Counted from the stretch's first letter, positions 1 through 12,747 are shown. The stretch is DNA of 42,606 nt from Octopus bimaculoides (GCF_001194135.2 NC_068995.1:23724203-23766808); one strand, 5' to 3'. Numbers and translations are program-made. Notes: a model not told the origin generated them from the letters alone.

Positions 1-50
<50 letters not shown>

Positions 51-324
51 GTATATGTGTATACATGTATATATATATATATATGTATATGTGTGCATGT
101 ATATATGGATAAGTATACGGGTAAAGTGTATGTAAAGCTAAGAAATAATCCCCTGTCACGATACACGTGTACATATTTTTATGTATATCTTTATCTATCT
201 ATCTACCTATCTATCTAGATCAACAGATACACAAACCCACACACAAACAAACACACACATACGCACATACATACATATACATATATGGGTATATATATAT
301 GTATATATATATATATATATATAT
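1..324. repeat. (AT)n / (AC)n microsatellite-rich tract running into an assembly gap
   Basis: Direct dinucleotide runs at 1-100 and 230-324. Confidence 0.9.
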
Positions 325-439
325 NNNNNNNNNNNNNNNNNNNNNNNNNNNNNNNNNNNNNNNNNNNNNNNNNNNNNNNNNNNNNNNNNNNNNNNNNNNN
401 NNNNNNNNNNNNNNNNNNNNNNNNNNNNNNNNNNNNNNN

Positions 440-474
<35 letters not shown>

Positions 475-523
475 ATATATTTGTTTTGCAAGATTTTTGA
501 TGTGAAATCGTATGTTGAAACAG

Positions 524-1831
524 ATGTTGTTGTACTTGGGGATGGTCATATTGCCAGTTTAGCCAATAAAAACACACGCACTGTACATTTGGTGTTAATT
601 TGCTTCAGCTTTATATTACGTTATTTTACATTAATCTTGTTTCGGTCAAAGTTCTTTCGTCACACTTCTGTGACCTCATCAGTGGTCCTTTGCTTTCTTC
701 TTTCTTACGTGTGTCTCACCTTGCTAACTATCAGCGATTTTTTATTTTGTATTCCTATTGTATGTGTCTACGCATGCGTATCCTTCAATTTGTATATGTT
801 TTTGTAAGTGCATGTGTGTGTATGGGGAGTGCCTATATTATCTATATCCTCTGTTAATACATATTCGTTTGTTTTTGTTTTTATTTAGTTATTTTTTCAT
901 GTATTTATACCTACTTTGTGTGTATTTAATTCAATTTTGTTAACGTATGTAGTATTTAATTCCATTTGTTTATCTATGTATTGTATTGTATTATATCTTG
1001 TTCATATTGTTATTGGTTTATGGGGAATGTATTGTCATATGTTGTGGTTTGTGGTTTGTTAGGGGTGTGGATTAGTGTTCCATTCCAGTTTCCTATTTAG
1101 GCTAGGTTTATCTTCTATTATGTGTGTAGCTTCTGTAATTTGTCTAAGTGCTGCGTCTCAGCTATGTGTGGATAAGATTTTAATTTCTATGTTGTTGAGT
1201 GAGCTTCCATGTTTTTGCTCAGCGTGCTGGTACAGAACTGATGAGCTCTTCCCTTCCTTAAGTTCCCTCCAATGTTCATTTGCCCGCTCCCCTATGCTCC
1301 TTGCTGTTTCGCCTACATATATCGTTGTCTTGTTACTGCATCGTCCCTCTGTATATCTTATACTATAGACCACATTTCTGGTTTTACACTTTGTTTGTGG
1401 GCTAAATCTACATACGGTACAGTTCCTATCAGTGCAGGGGGTTCTACTAAAAGGGTACGTTCCACTGATAAGGGTTCACTGGTCTTTCAACAAACATAAT
1501 TCTTAGCTTAAGTTTGGCTAGGGCCTTTCTAAAGCGGTACGCCAGTTCACCTCTAGGGGTAGTGTCGACGAACATGACGCTCTGGTATTTGTGGCTATCA
1601 TACCATGAGTTGGCCTTCCCTATTTTCTTCTTAATCCTTTCAATGGTGTTCCATGATTTGCTCCTATAGAGTGGACAAATCCCATTCCTATCGTTACAGA
1701 AGTGTGACGAAAGAACGTTGGCCGAAACAAGATTAATGTAATATAATGTAATATAAAGCTGAAGCAAATTAACACCAAATATACAGTGCGTGTGTTTTAT
1801 TACTAAACTGGCAATATGACCATCCCCAAGT

Positions 1832-1841
<10 letters not shown>
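524..1841 (-). mobile_element. 5'-truncated Penelope-like element with an inverted copy of its 3' end (pseudo-LTR) at the 5' end
   Basis: Inverted repeat 524-674 vs 1693-1841 (about 9 differences in ~150 nt) encloses a minus-strand PLE coding remnant (linker, Cys-rich motif, GIY-YIG). Confidence 0.9.
1059..1692 (-). pseudogene. PLE RT-GIY-YIG polyprotein C-terminal remnant (frameshift plus in-frame stop)
   Basis: Hand translation: PLYRSKSW...MFVDTTPRGELA (PLE linker), frameshift, PCTDRNCTVCRFSPQTKCKTRNVVYSIRYTEGRCSNKTTIYVGETARSIGERANEH (Cys motif plus GIY-YIG VY...YVGET..R..EH), stop at 1158, then DAALRQITEATHIIEDKPSLNRKLEW. Confidence 0.9.
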
Positions 1842-1865
<24 letters not shown>

Positions 1866-2299
1866 CAAAGGGAGTGTCACTTTGAGATTTCAATGAAGCT
1901 CGTTTTCACACAATGCTTTCTTGTTAAAGTAATCGCCATGCTTTTTGCCCATAGAGTAAATACATCACTAAACTTTTTCTTTATTTTCGTAAATAACTGC
2001 ATCACATTTAATTACCAATAAGAATCAATACATCGACAAAAGTATCAATACAGTCAATATATATATTGAAAAACATAACAAAATTTATAAAATTATAATT
2101 ACACAATGATAAAAGTATCATAGCATCATGAACTGAAATAGGAAAAAACAACAAAAATTACCACCGATTCCTCTTAAATAATCCAGGATTCACGACGTTA
2201 ATATCAATTAGCTATACGTTGATTTTTCGCTTTACTATCTTCATAAATCTTTATGTTACTGATTTTTTGATATATTGTTCAATTAATATGTTTTTTTCG

Positions 2300-2740
2300 T
2301 TTTGACTTTTTTAAATTTATGAACGAATTTCAAACCTTAAGATGGGACTCTTTAACTTTTGATTCCATCGTCTAAATGAAAAGCAGTGCATTTTGTCTTC
2401 AGAACAAAATAAGCTTACCGACGATTTGATGAGACGCGGCCATACTTTTTGACTGTTTGTGTAGGAGTTGTGGAAGTTAATGTAGTACTTGTGAGGAACT
2501 TTGTGAGAGACTTTATTTTCTGTATTTCGAATAACTCTTTCATGCTTGGGACTTAGTAGTGGGATGTTGTGGTGAATAATATTGTAAACCTCTGTATTTC
2601 TTTGGTTGTGTGTTGTCATAAAGGGTAGATAATTGGATCTATCTGGAACGTTTTTCGTAATTCTTGGATATTTATTGCTTTGCCACGTTCTATTCCGTTG
2701 TTAATTAACTTCAATGGATATTGTATTTTAAGTAGTTAGT
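2300..2740 (-). mobile_element. Degraded PLE linker-region fragment (different lineage from 524-1841)
   Basis: Minus-strand frames give YPLKLINNGIERGKAINIQELRK, then (frameshift) PFMTTHNQRNTEVYNIIHHNIPLL, resembling the post-thumb YP..LI..GI and LPF.TT.NP motifs of PLEs. Confidence 0.55.
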
Positions 2741-2867
2741 TGTTTTAGGTCCTACAGTCTTTTATTGTGAGTTTCAGATTTGAAGACAATTGTGCAGATT
2801 AAATGGAATGCTATTCTTCGTGTGTTCGGGATTGCATGAGAAAAGTAAGTATTGTTTAGAATCTGTT

Positions 2868-2871
2868 TGTT

Positions 2872-2945
<74 letters not shown>
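2868..2945. repeat. (GT)n microsatellite
   Basis: Near-perfect dinucleotide run. Confidence 0.95.
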
Positions 2946-3108
2946 GCCATTTCGTGGCATGCGTTCGCCACATGATTTTTATAAGGTAAACAGTGTGTCG
3001 TGTTCTATGTATATGTTGTCGCTACAGAAATGAAAGAAAAAGTTGCAAGATGTCATGTGCAGTTACGAGTAAATGTCCATAATATGGTGTAGAGGTGTTA
3101 ATCTGGAG

Positions 3109-3229
3109 CAAGGATTCCCAAAGTGTGTTCTGCAAAACACCACGGTTCTCTTAATGTTATCAGGGGTTCCACCTTTTTAAAAATAATGTCGAAGTATTCC
3201 GCGGCAAAAAAAAAGTTAAGGAACCACTG
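3109..3229. mobile_element. Possible short MITE remnant with degenerate CAGTGGTTC-type ends
   Basis: Left CAAGGATTCCCAAA vs right TTAAGGAACCACTG (reverse complement CAGTGGTTCCTTAA); only partial match. Confidence 0.3.
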
Positions 3230-3409
3230 ATCTAGGGATTAACTAAATGTTTTTAGGCTTGCTGAAGTCACGCCTGTGAACGAATTCGTGCAGTGGTGTT
3301 TGCTGTTGTTCGCCGTCAGTGCTGTCTGTGAAACACTTTTCCCCTCCATGTAAACATGAGCGTATTACGCATGTGTTTATTGAACTTGGAGATGAGGAAT
3401 ATATATATA

Positions 3410-3497
3410 TGGGGGTCTATCGAAAATTCCCAATTTTGAGGCCAAAAATAAGGGGTCGACTTTTACATGAGATCGACTAACTCGAGTATATACGGTA
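3410..3497. mobile_element. One end of a Tc1/mariner-type non-autonomous element
   Basis: Ends in ...GGGGTCGACTT...CTCGAGTATATACGGTA, the reverse complement of a TACCGTATATACTCG-type TIR with terminal TA (family recalled from memory); no partner TIR found. Confidence 0.45.
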
Positions 3498-3963
3498 ATT
3501 CTTTATGAGCACTTTAGTTCGTTTGACCAAACTCTTCAAGAGAAATTATTTTGGTTTTAATTTTTCTTAATGTGTGTGTTTGTATGTGTGAAAGAATGTG
3601 TATGTGTAAAAATATTAGACCATATATATAATGTAATAACAGTGGATAGATGACAGACGAATATAATGTTCGCTATTTGCATATTACTAAAACAACGAAT
3701 ATTTATCTAATTAGTAAATGATTTGTTGGCAATACACAATCTGGTGGAAATTATGTTAAATTGTGGTTATTGCATAATAACCAACTATATGCTATAGACT
3801 CTAGTTCAGGAAAAATTTGGAAGCTACTTGATAACATTAATGTTGTAAAATCAGTAATAATTGTCTCTGTTAGTAATTTAAAATATTAAAGAAATATTTC
3901 TCTCTAAGTTAGCGGATTCATATGACATCTACGCATATTTATGCGTGTGTGTGTGTGTGTGTG

Positions 3964-3995
<32 letters not shown>

Positions 3996-4027
3996 NNNNN
4001 NNNNNNNNNNNNNNNNNNNNNNNNNNN

Positions 4028-4061
<34 letters not shown>

Positions 4062-4108
4062 TGTGTGTGTGTGTATGCGTGTGTGTGTGTGTGTGTGTGT
4101 GTATAAAC

Positions 4109-5612
4109 GTATATGCATATATACATACATATATGTACATATTTACATATCTATGTATGAATACATGCACATATGGGTACAGGATATAAAAAAAACGTGA
4201 GCTGAAAGAGAAACGAGAACATAAAAAAAACATAGAAAACGAATTTTTTTCGAACAAAAAAAGAAACAAATAGAGAAACGAGACGGGCAATATAAATAAC
4301 GAAAGAGACAGGTAAAAGCATGTCTTGTCTTTAGGAAGGAAATTGAAGAGAGAAAGATGGATAGCCGTTGGTCACATGTAAGCAGCGAGAGAGTCAGGAG
4401 GAAGAGTGAGAGAGAGAGAGAGAGAGAGAGAGGAAATGGTGAAGGGGAGAAAAGAATAATAGGGAAAGGGTGGGAGAGAAAAACAGAAAGGAAAATGAAC
4501 AAGAGAGGCAGATAGATAGAAAGAATAGAGATAGAATAGGAGTGCGCATCGTAATTATTAAGATAAAACTAATTTGGAAATAGATGCGTGGCGTTCGATC
4601 ATATAATAATATAAATGATATATAAGTATATGCATATGTGCATACATATTTGTACATAAATATGTATGTATATATACATGCATATATGGGTACAGGACAT
4701 CAAAAAACCGTGAACAAAAAGAGAAACGAGAACAAAAAAAACACAGAAAACGAACATTTTCCGAACAATGAAAGAAACAAATAGAGAAACGAGACAGGCA
4801 ACATAAGAACATTTCCTTCATCAGTTGTCCCCTGTTTTATCTACTCCGCGTTTCGAAGGTAAGGACAAGACGCGACTTCGTTAAAACAGTCCTTCCTGCA
4901 AAGCAAATTAAATAAAATTTGGGATTTTTGCGGAGGGTCAAAGTTGTCACAAAAACAGAATAGTGAGGCAGGCAGATAGAAATAATACAGGCGTACTCTT
5001 ATTCTACTTCTATTCTTTCTATCTATCTTCCTTTCTTTTTCTTTTTCCTTTCTGTTTTTCTCTCACCCTTTCCCTATTCCTCTCCTCTCCACTTCACCGT
5101 TCCCTCTCTCTATTACTCATCCTCCTTGACTCTCTCGTTGCTTACATGTGACCAACGGCTATCCAGCTTTCTTTCTTCCACTTCCTTCCTTTAGACAAGA
5201 CGTGCTTTTACCTGTCTCTTCTCAAAGCTCGCGTTTCCAACCTTCACCACTTCACATCGTCTTGGCTTAACAGCCCTCACTGCTTATTTGTATTGTTGTG
5301 TTATCACTGTCCTGAGTAGATAAAACAGGGGACAACTGATGAAGGGAATGTTTTTTTTATGTTTGTTGCATGTCTCGTTTCTCTATTTGTTTCTTTCGTT
5401 GTTCGAAAAAATTTCATTTTCTATGTTTTTTATGTTCTCGTTTCTCTTTTTGTTCACGTTTTTTTTTAATGTCCTGTGCCCACATATGCATGTATATATA
5501 CATATACATGTAGGTATGTACATATATGTATGTATATATGCATATACTTATATATTATTTATATTATTATATGATCGAACGCCAGGCATCCATTTCCAAA
5601 TAAGTTTTGTCT
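4109..5612. repeat. Composite tandem plus inverted repeat built from a ~0.6 kb unit
   Basis: Direct repeat 4109-4295 / 4626-4806; inverted repeats 4303-4547 / 4991-5220 and 4561-4846 / 5314-5612. Confidence 0.9.
4815..4874 (-). ncRNA. Candidate hammerhead ribozyme with non-circularly permuted strand order
   Basis: Minus strand: CGCGTC|TTGTCC-TTA-CCTTC-GAAACGCG-16 nt-GGACAA-CTGATGA-AGG. Stem III (CGCGT/ACGCG) and stem I (TTGTCC/GGACAA) pair perfectly; stem II is imperfect. Confidence 0.4.
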
Positions 5613-5613
5613 A

Positions 5614-5672
<59 letters not shown>

Positions 5673-6496
5673 CTCTCTGTATATATATATATATATATAT
5701 GTATAATACATATATGTGTATATGTAAGTATGTATGTATACATGACAGTATACATAACAGTGCTACGAGATCATATCACTAAACACAGCTGGTCAAGAAT
5801 ACTTTCTTACACAACACTGTTTACAGATAACTTACTATCAGACTGCTTGGAATGTAACAGGAAGACCAGGAGCATCATAGGCCTCTCTATGTAGTTCCTT
5901 AACATACGAGAAAATATGTAAAATATACAATAAATCAAATACTATATTCTTGAAACAAAAGAAAAAGAATGACAATAGTTAATGAAGAGCTAATTACAAT
6001 AAGTCTCAGGTAAAATGAAAAAAAACCTTCCTCGTATGCATCATTGATAAAGGCTGACTTTTATATAACATCATCAAGAAACATCCCTTGCAAAATAATG
6101 AATCACTAATTACTTTCGTAACATTTTTTTCTTTCGATGACATAAAATTATACAAATAAATATGCAGGCTACTTTTTCCTATTCTCCATGATATTCTGGT
6201 GTGAATGTTAACCGCCATATTGAGCAAGGCAACCGTCATTATGACAACTACTGTTAGCAATCACAGTAAACTGATAAAAACACATGCAAACCCCCAATAT
6301 CACATACTCCACCCAGTGAACTCCAGTATCTCCTCTAAAAATCATATTCGTACAACACTTCTAGAAACCACAGCCACACGACAGACAATCCTCAAACTCT
6401 TTCCTCCAGTTTTTTATTAGCTTGAAAATGCTTTCTTACGTCAGTCAAGAAAAAAAAGATTACAGATTGCGGCGATGAGAGCAGTTGATATGTACG

Positions 6497-6527
<31 letters not shown>

Positions 6528-7930
6528 TCACAAAATAGAATAATATATTCCATTTTGCTTGAAACCATTTTCATCCAATGTGGCAGATTTTTAAGTGGAT
6601 CGCTTGAAAATTGTGGAAATTCACTCTTCACGAAACCATTATCATTGTTAATTCACAACAATTTCTCATACAATATCTCAGTGCCAGTAAAGCTACAAGT
6701 AGCTCTATGTATGTAGCTGCTTATACACGTTATTGTCAAGGCCCGCAAAGGCCGAAACTTATATGGCGTTCTTGCTAGCAGGGACAATATTTCGTATCAC
6801 GATATAATACTATGTTGTTAAAACAAGGCATCAAGAAGAGATTTGATCTCGAACAAACATTGCAGAATCTTGACTTTCAACGTGTATATACATACATCAA
6901 ATATATATATACTCGTTGATATATACAAGTATGGTACATTGATGACAATTTTAGTTTCAATTTGCTTCAATTACGTACTCTGGTATGTATGTATGTATGT
7001 ATGTATGTATATCTATTTATGTATGCATGTGTATATATTCAAAGTAAGATAGATAAATATTTTTCGATAGCTAGACAGACAGAACGCAATTTATGTCTGT
7101 CTAATACAAGTATATCTGTTTCTACGACCGTGTGTTTTCTATTTTTTTATATTAAAAATACGTAATAATCTAGTGATATCGCTTGTAAACTAAGTTCCAA
7201 ATATAACATAGGTTTCCGAGGAAGAAAGGCAGAAACTGAAACTTGTGTTCTCTTTATGTAGACAAGTCATGAGAATTTAAAAAATAGTTGCAGACTTATA
7301 GCTAGAAAGCCCACGTAGCTTTCTAGCTATAATAACAGATATTTGAACATTAGAAGTAGTCACTAATAGTATTATATATGTGTATTATATATACTTCTGA
7401 TTTTTCCTTCCTCCTTCTTATGATAGCATAATGGTTGAATAAATATAGTATGAGAATCTTTGATGTACTGATATATGAGTCTAAGCCGAATCAAAGATGT
7501 TTCTCGTTACAAACACACGACAGTGTGAGTGTACACATGTATGCGTTAATGTGTTTGTGGGTATGCATGTGTGTGCGTATGTGTGTGTGTGAGTGTGTAT
7601 ACGTATACGTATTTACAGTCTGTGTGTTTATATATATTTCTAGGTTTATCGACGCTTACATAGAAATAAAAATATGTATGTATACCTTCACAGTGAATCC
7701 TTTTTCACGGCTCGTGTTTCTCTCCAAAGCGATCACCAGGAAATCCTCAGCTGATCGCAGTGGCCTGATACGGGAGACGCGAAGAAGCTATTTCGGTTGT
7801 ATGTATTAAATAGCACTTGTCTATAGTTTGCGCAAAACTCAACATCCGAACACCTACATACATGCATACATAAACACGCACACACACACACACACAACCA
7901 CACACAACCACACACGCACACACACACACA

Positions 7931-8012
<82 letters not shown>

Positions 8013-8174
8013 CGGTAAGGCAAATAAGGCTTACACTCCTTGGCGATATGCACTTTTATCTCATTTTGCCAACTTTAACCTTTCTTTCTCTTCATCTTTA
8101 ATTTAAACAACCACACACTTGTAGATTATCCTTGTGTTATCACCATCATCTACGATCTTGTGGCAAATAAGTGC

Positions 8175-8480
8175 ACCAATTCTTCAGTACCCATAACCTG
8201 CGTCTTTCCCACTCCAATTCATCATAGTTGTTCACTTTTTCTTTTTTCTCTTCAATTCTTTGTCACCAGATGATGCTACGTCAATTATTAGGCACGTTTT
8301 TCTCTTTTCTGTTCGCTACAATTTCAAGCTGTCTATGTTTAATCTGATGATTACATTGGATCATTGCATCCCACACGATTTTGGAATCCTCATTTTCAGT
8401 AAATTCTGGGATTTGGTCATTCTAAGTTTTTGATATATTTAGGCCATAATTTCCACAAAACTCCTAATGGATTATTCTTG
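8175..8480 (-). mobile_element. REL-endonuclease domain remnant of an R4/Dong-type non-LTR retrotransposon
   Basis: Hand translation with frameshifts: IIH*EFCGNYGL...ENEDSKIVWDAMIQCNHQIKHRQLEIV...TCLIIDVASSGD...EKVNNYDELEWERRRLW, matching KI.WD..IQ.D...RPDIV...IIDVA.P.D...EK..KY..L. Confidence 0.85.
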
Positions 8481-9995
8481 TCTCATTGTCATGTAACTAT
8501 TTGTACTCACGTTGTACCAACTTCGGGCTTTCACTAATAATATGCTACATTATTTCACTACACATTCTGCATGTGTTGCTCTTGGTTGTTTTCTTTTCAA
8601 TGTTTGTAAAGGACATCTTTACTCGTTGTAGGAGCCAAAAAATATCCCAAAAAAATTTTGGTGTCAGTCACTTGCAATATTGTCAATCGCTATCACTCTC
8701 TATAAGTTGGACAATGGGGTAGATTAAAGTTATGCAATAAGAATGTTTAGAAGATAAGCGGCGGTTTTTTTTTGGTGGGGGGGAGAGATTCAAGGCACCA
8801 ACGTGAATGAAGCATTTCACTCATTTTTGTACTTACAGAATATCGATGTTCAGTAAGATATTTTGAAATGCGGAGAGAGCAGCAAAACTGTTCTACACGC
8901 ATTCATTCTTTGTTCAATCAGTATCGTTGTTGAGGATGTGCTATTTCATTTCATTGGACAATTGTTGTGTAGAAGGTGTGTTGTGTGAGCAGTATTATAA
9001 TACTTGAATGTGTCTCTGAATAGTAATTTTCATGTGCCTGTGAGAGATGCACAGAGAATATGTTTTGCATAGACAATATTATTTGAGATCTCATATAGTG
9101 AAGTTTCGGCGCATTATTTTGTAGAAAAAGGAACCGGCATAAACTTATACAGTAATATTTTGACAGCGCACGAACTAACAGTTACAAACTAAGAATGCTA
9201 AACATTATAATGCAATGTGGAACATTTCTTTCTCAGAAAATATACAAGGACAATATTTTTCTGGTTTCAGAATAATTTTAAGAAATAAAGAGAACGTCAT
9301 CAGGGTGGGAGATTTAATTTCCTTTATTTAATTGTAATATTCACAGTATAATACATAGTATTTGATTATGATGTGATTCAAATAAATTTATTCTTCTCGA
9401 ATGAACATTCTTCTTCAATTTCTTATATGCACAACACATATCTTCAATGTTTCTATATGTTGAAATATGTTGAAAAATGTTTTGCAGGAGGCGAAGTCTT
9501 CTGTCTAGCAGTATATGGAGGTAAGGATTATTGATAGGTTGTAGTGATTGATCGAATATGCACCCATTCCTGGTTGTTTATGCCTTTCTTTTTATCTTCG
9601 TTTCTAATTTAATACCAGAGTTGATATTTTATTAAAGGGCCAATAACTGTAAGCCCTTAGACTGCATAATAATATTTTAAATAAATCAAGCCATATTATG
9701 ATTGCAACCATCAGCAGATATACAACAATGTTCATAAACGGATACATATATATACAGGCATCAAGATAGCGAGTTGTGTTAGAATCTTTATGCATACATT
9801 AGCGTGTTTATGTATATACAAAAGCGCATTTATGTGTTTGTATATAATCGGAAGTGTTTAGCATGTGTATGCTAATAAAGAATGATGTTAGCACAAAATG
9901 GATGTATGCAAATATATATGTATACGTCAGAACGCACACAGATGCAGACAGACATACACATTCATACACGCACACATATATATAGATATATATTC

Positions 9996-10042
<47 letters not shown>

Positions 10043-10940
10043 NNNNNNNNNNNNNNNNNNNNNNNNNNNNNNNNNNNNNNNNNNNNNNNNNNNNNNNNNN
10101 NNNNNNNNNNNNNNNNNNNNNNNNNNNNNNNNNNNNNNNNNNNNNNNNNNNNNNNNNNNNNNNNNNNNNNNNNNNNNNNNNNNNNNNNNNNNNNNNNNNN
10201 NNNNNNNNNNNNNNNNNNNNNNNNNNNNNNNNNNNNNNNNNNNNNNNNNNNNNNNNNNNNNNNNNNNNNNNNNNNNNNNNNNNNNNNNNNNNNNNNNNNN
10301 NNNNNNNNNNNNNNNNNNNNNNNNNNNNNNNNNNNNNNNNNNNNNNNNNNNNNNNNNNNNNNNNNNNNNNNNNNNNNNNNNNNNNNNNNNNNNNNNNNNN
10401 NNNNNNNNNNNNNNNNNNNNNNNNNNNNNNNNNNNNNNNNNNNNNNNNNNNNNNNNNNNNNNNNNNNNNNNNNNNNNNNNNNNNNNNNNNNNNNNNNNNN
10501 NNNNNNNNNNNNNNNNNNNNNNNNNNNNNNNNNNNNNNNNNNNNNNNNNNNNNNNNNNNNNNNNNNNNNNNNNNNNNNNNNNNNNNNNNNNNNNNNNNNN
10601 NNNNNNNNNNNNNNNNNNNNNNNNNNNNNNNNNNNNNNNNNNNNNNNNNNNNNNNNNNNNNNNNNNNNNNNNNNNNNNNNNNNNNNNNNNNNNNNNNNNN
10701 NNNNNNNNNNNNNNNNNNNNNNNNNNNNNNNNNNNNTTATATTTACAAGGATGCAACTGTTCAATACATGCAGTAACGTTAGGTTGGGATATATTCAAAA
10801 ATATCAATATATGTATAAACTATGACGTCAGCCAATCAAGTTTCCGAATATACAACATGATTAAACACCCTATATGTGCATCAATGTAGATAAGTACACG
10901 CATGGATACACACGCACATACATGCATGCATGTATACATG

Positions 10941-11002
<62 letters not shown>

Positions 11003-11052
11003 TGTATATGTATATATACGTGTGTGTGTGTGTTTGTGTGCGCGCGTATATG

Positions 11053-11093
<41 letters not shown>

Positions 11094-11794
11094 ATTAATA
11101 ACTATTTAGAGGGATATATCTATACTCTGATATATATATATATATAGTGTGTGTCTGTACGTGTATGCGATAAGATTTTAATTTAATGAAGTTCCGCCGT
11201 GCATAGAGAGGAAAGAAAAAAGTAAGGCTCTAATTGTTAGCAAGCGTTAATGAAAACTTGGGAGTCTTTCAAGAAATTAAGAATAATTTGACAATATAAT
11301 ATTTGCTGACCACCTTATAAGAAAATTTACCCTAACTTCAAACCTGTTTTCGAAGCTATCCTGCGTTCAACGTCTCTTTCCTCTATTTTCTGTAAAATGA
11401 CAACTCACTCGGTTCTTCCTTGTTTATAAAAACACTAATTGTTTTTCTAAGAAAGCAGGGTTTATTACTTTTCTTCTGGGATACAACTGCTGTGCACTTG
11501 GGTTCTGGTCTTTATTTAGGCTCATGGATATTATTTACTCCGTTTCGCCATCGAATTCATACAGATATATACTCATTTTTCAGATCAGTTTATGTATGCG
11601 TATTATTGAAATTCTGATTTCATCATAGCTATTACATGTTTGCCTATAGACTTAAGGCATTGAGCAATCGAATTTGCGTTCAATCCAACCCGAAGATGAC
11701 GCATGTCGGAGAAGCAGTATGACTCCTCTAATTTTCATTTTACAAAAAAAAAAGGGGGGGGGGGCAATAACTACAGTAGCAATAATACTTCTCT

Positions 11795-11890
11795 TTACTA
11801 GCACAAGGCCTGAAATTTCTAAAATGCCGTTGCTCAGCTGGCATTTATCTTATCGATCACGAATGGATGAAACACAAAAGTACCTCCGCG
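11795..11890 (-). mobile_element. Highly degraded SINE fragment related to the element at 26570-26792
   Basis: GCACAAGGCCTGAAATTT...CTGGCATTTATCTTATCGATCACGAATGGATGAAA resembles CTGGTACTCATTTTATCGACTCTGACAGGATGAAA at 26660-26694. Confidence 0.4.
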
Positions 11891-12455
11891 AAATAATAAT
11901 GATAATAATAATCGTTATTATTATTATTATTATNNNNNNNNNNNNNNNNNNNNNNNNNNNNNNNNNNNNNNNNNNNNNNNNNNNNNNNNNNNNNNNNNNN
12001 NNNNNNNNNNNNNNNNNNNNNNNNNNNNNNNNNNNNNNNNNNNNNNNNNNNNNNNNNNNNNNNNNNNNNNNNNNNNNNNNNNNNNNNNNNNNNNNNNNNN
12101 NNNNNNNNNNNNNNNNNNNNNNNNNNNNNNNNNNNNNNNNNNNNNNNNNNNNNNNNNNNNNNNNNNNNNNNNNNNNNNNNNNNNNNNNNNNNNNNNNNNN
12201 NNNNNNNNNNNNNNNNNNNNNNNNNNNNNNNNNNNNNNNNNNNNNNNNNNNNNNNNNNNNNNNNNNNNNNNNNNNNNNNNNNNNNNNNNNNNNNNNNNNN
12301 NNNNNNNNNNNNNNNNNNNNNNNNNNNNNNNNNNNNNNNNNNNNNNNNNNNNNNNNNNNNNNNNNNNNNNNNNNNNNNNNNNNNNNNNNNNNNNNNNNNN
12401 NNNNNNNNNNNNNNNNNNNNNNNNNAAATTGTAACAGAGCCCCACCTGCAAGGTC

Positions 12456-12608
12456 ATGCGCTGTTTATCTTGATATGAGATCACCATGTTGCGCACATAT
12501 GGTTGTGATGCATGTGCCTTGTGTACCCTTATCAGACAGGTAGTCATGATGAGTATAATCGGCTTCATATATTTTACCCCAGTGTCACTTTTATGGCATG
12601 CACTGCTC

Positions 12609-12609
<1 letters not shown>
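12456..12609 (+). repeat. Dispersed repeat copy 1 (GAGATCACCATG...CCCCAGTGTCACTT), followed by an (AAT)n tail
   Basis: Diverged direct match to 14296-14450. Confidence 0.8.
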
Positions 12610-12656
<47 letters not shown>

Positions 12657-12667
12657 TAATAATAATC

Positions 12668-12747
<80 letters not shown>

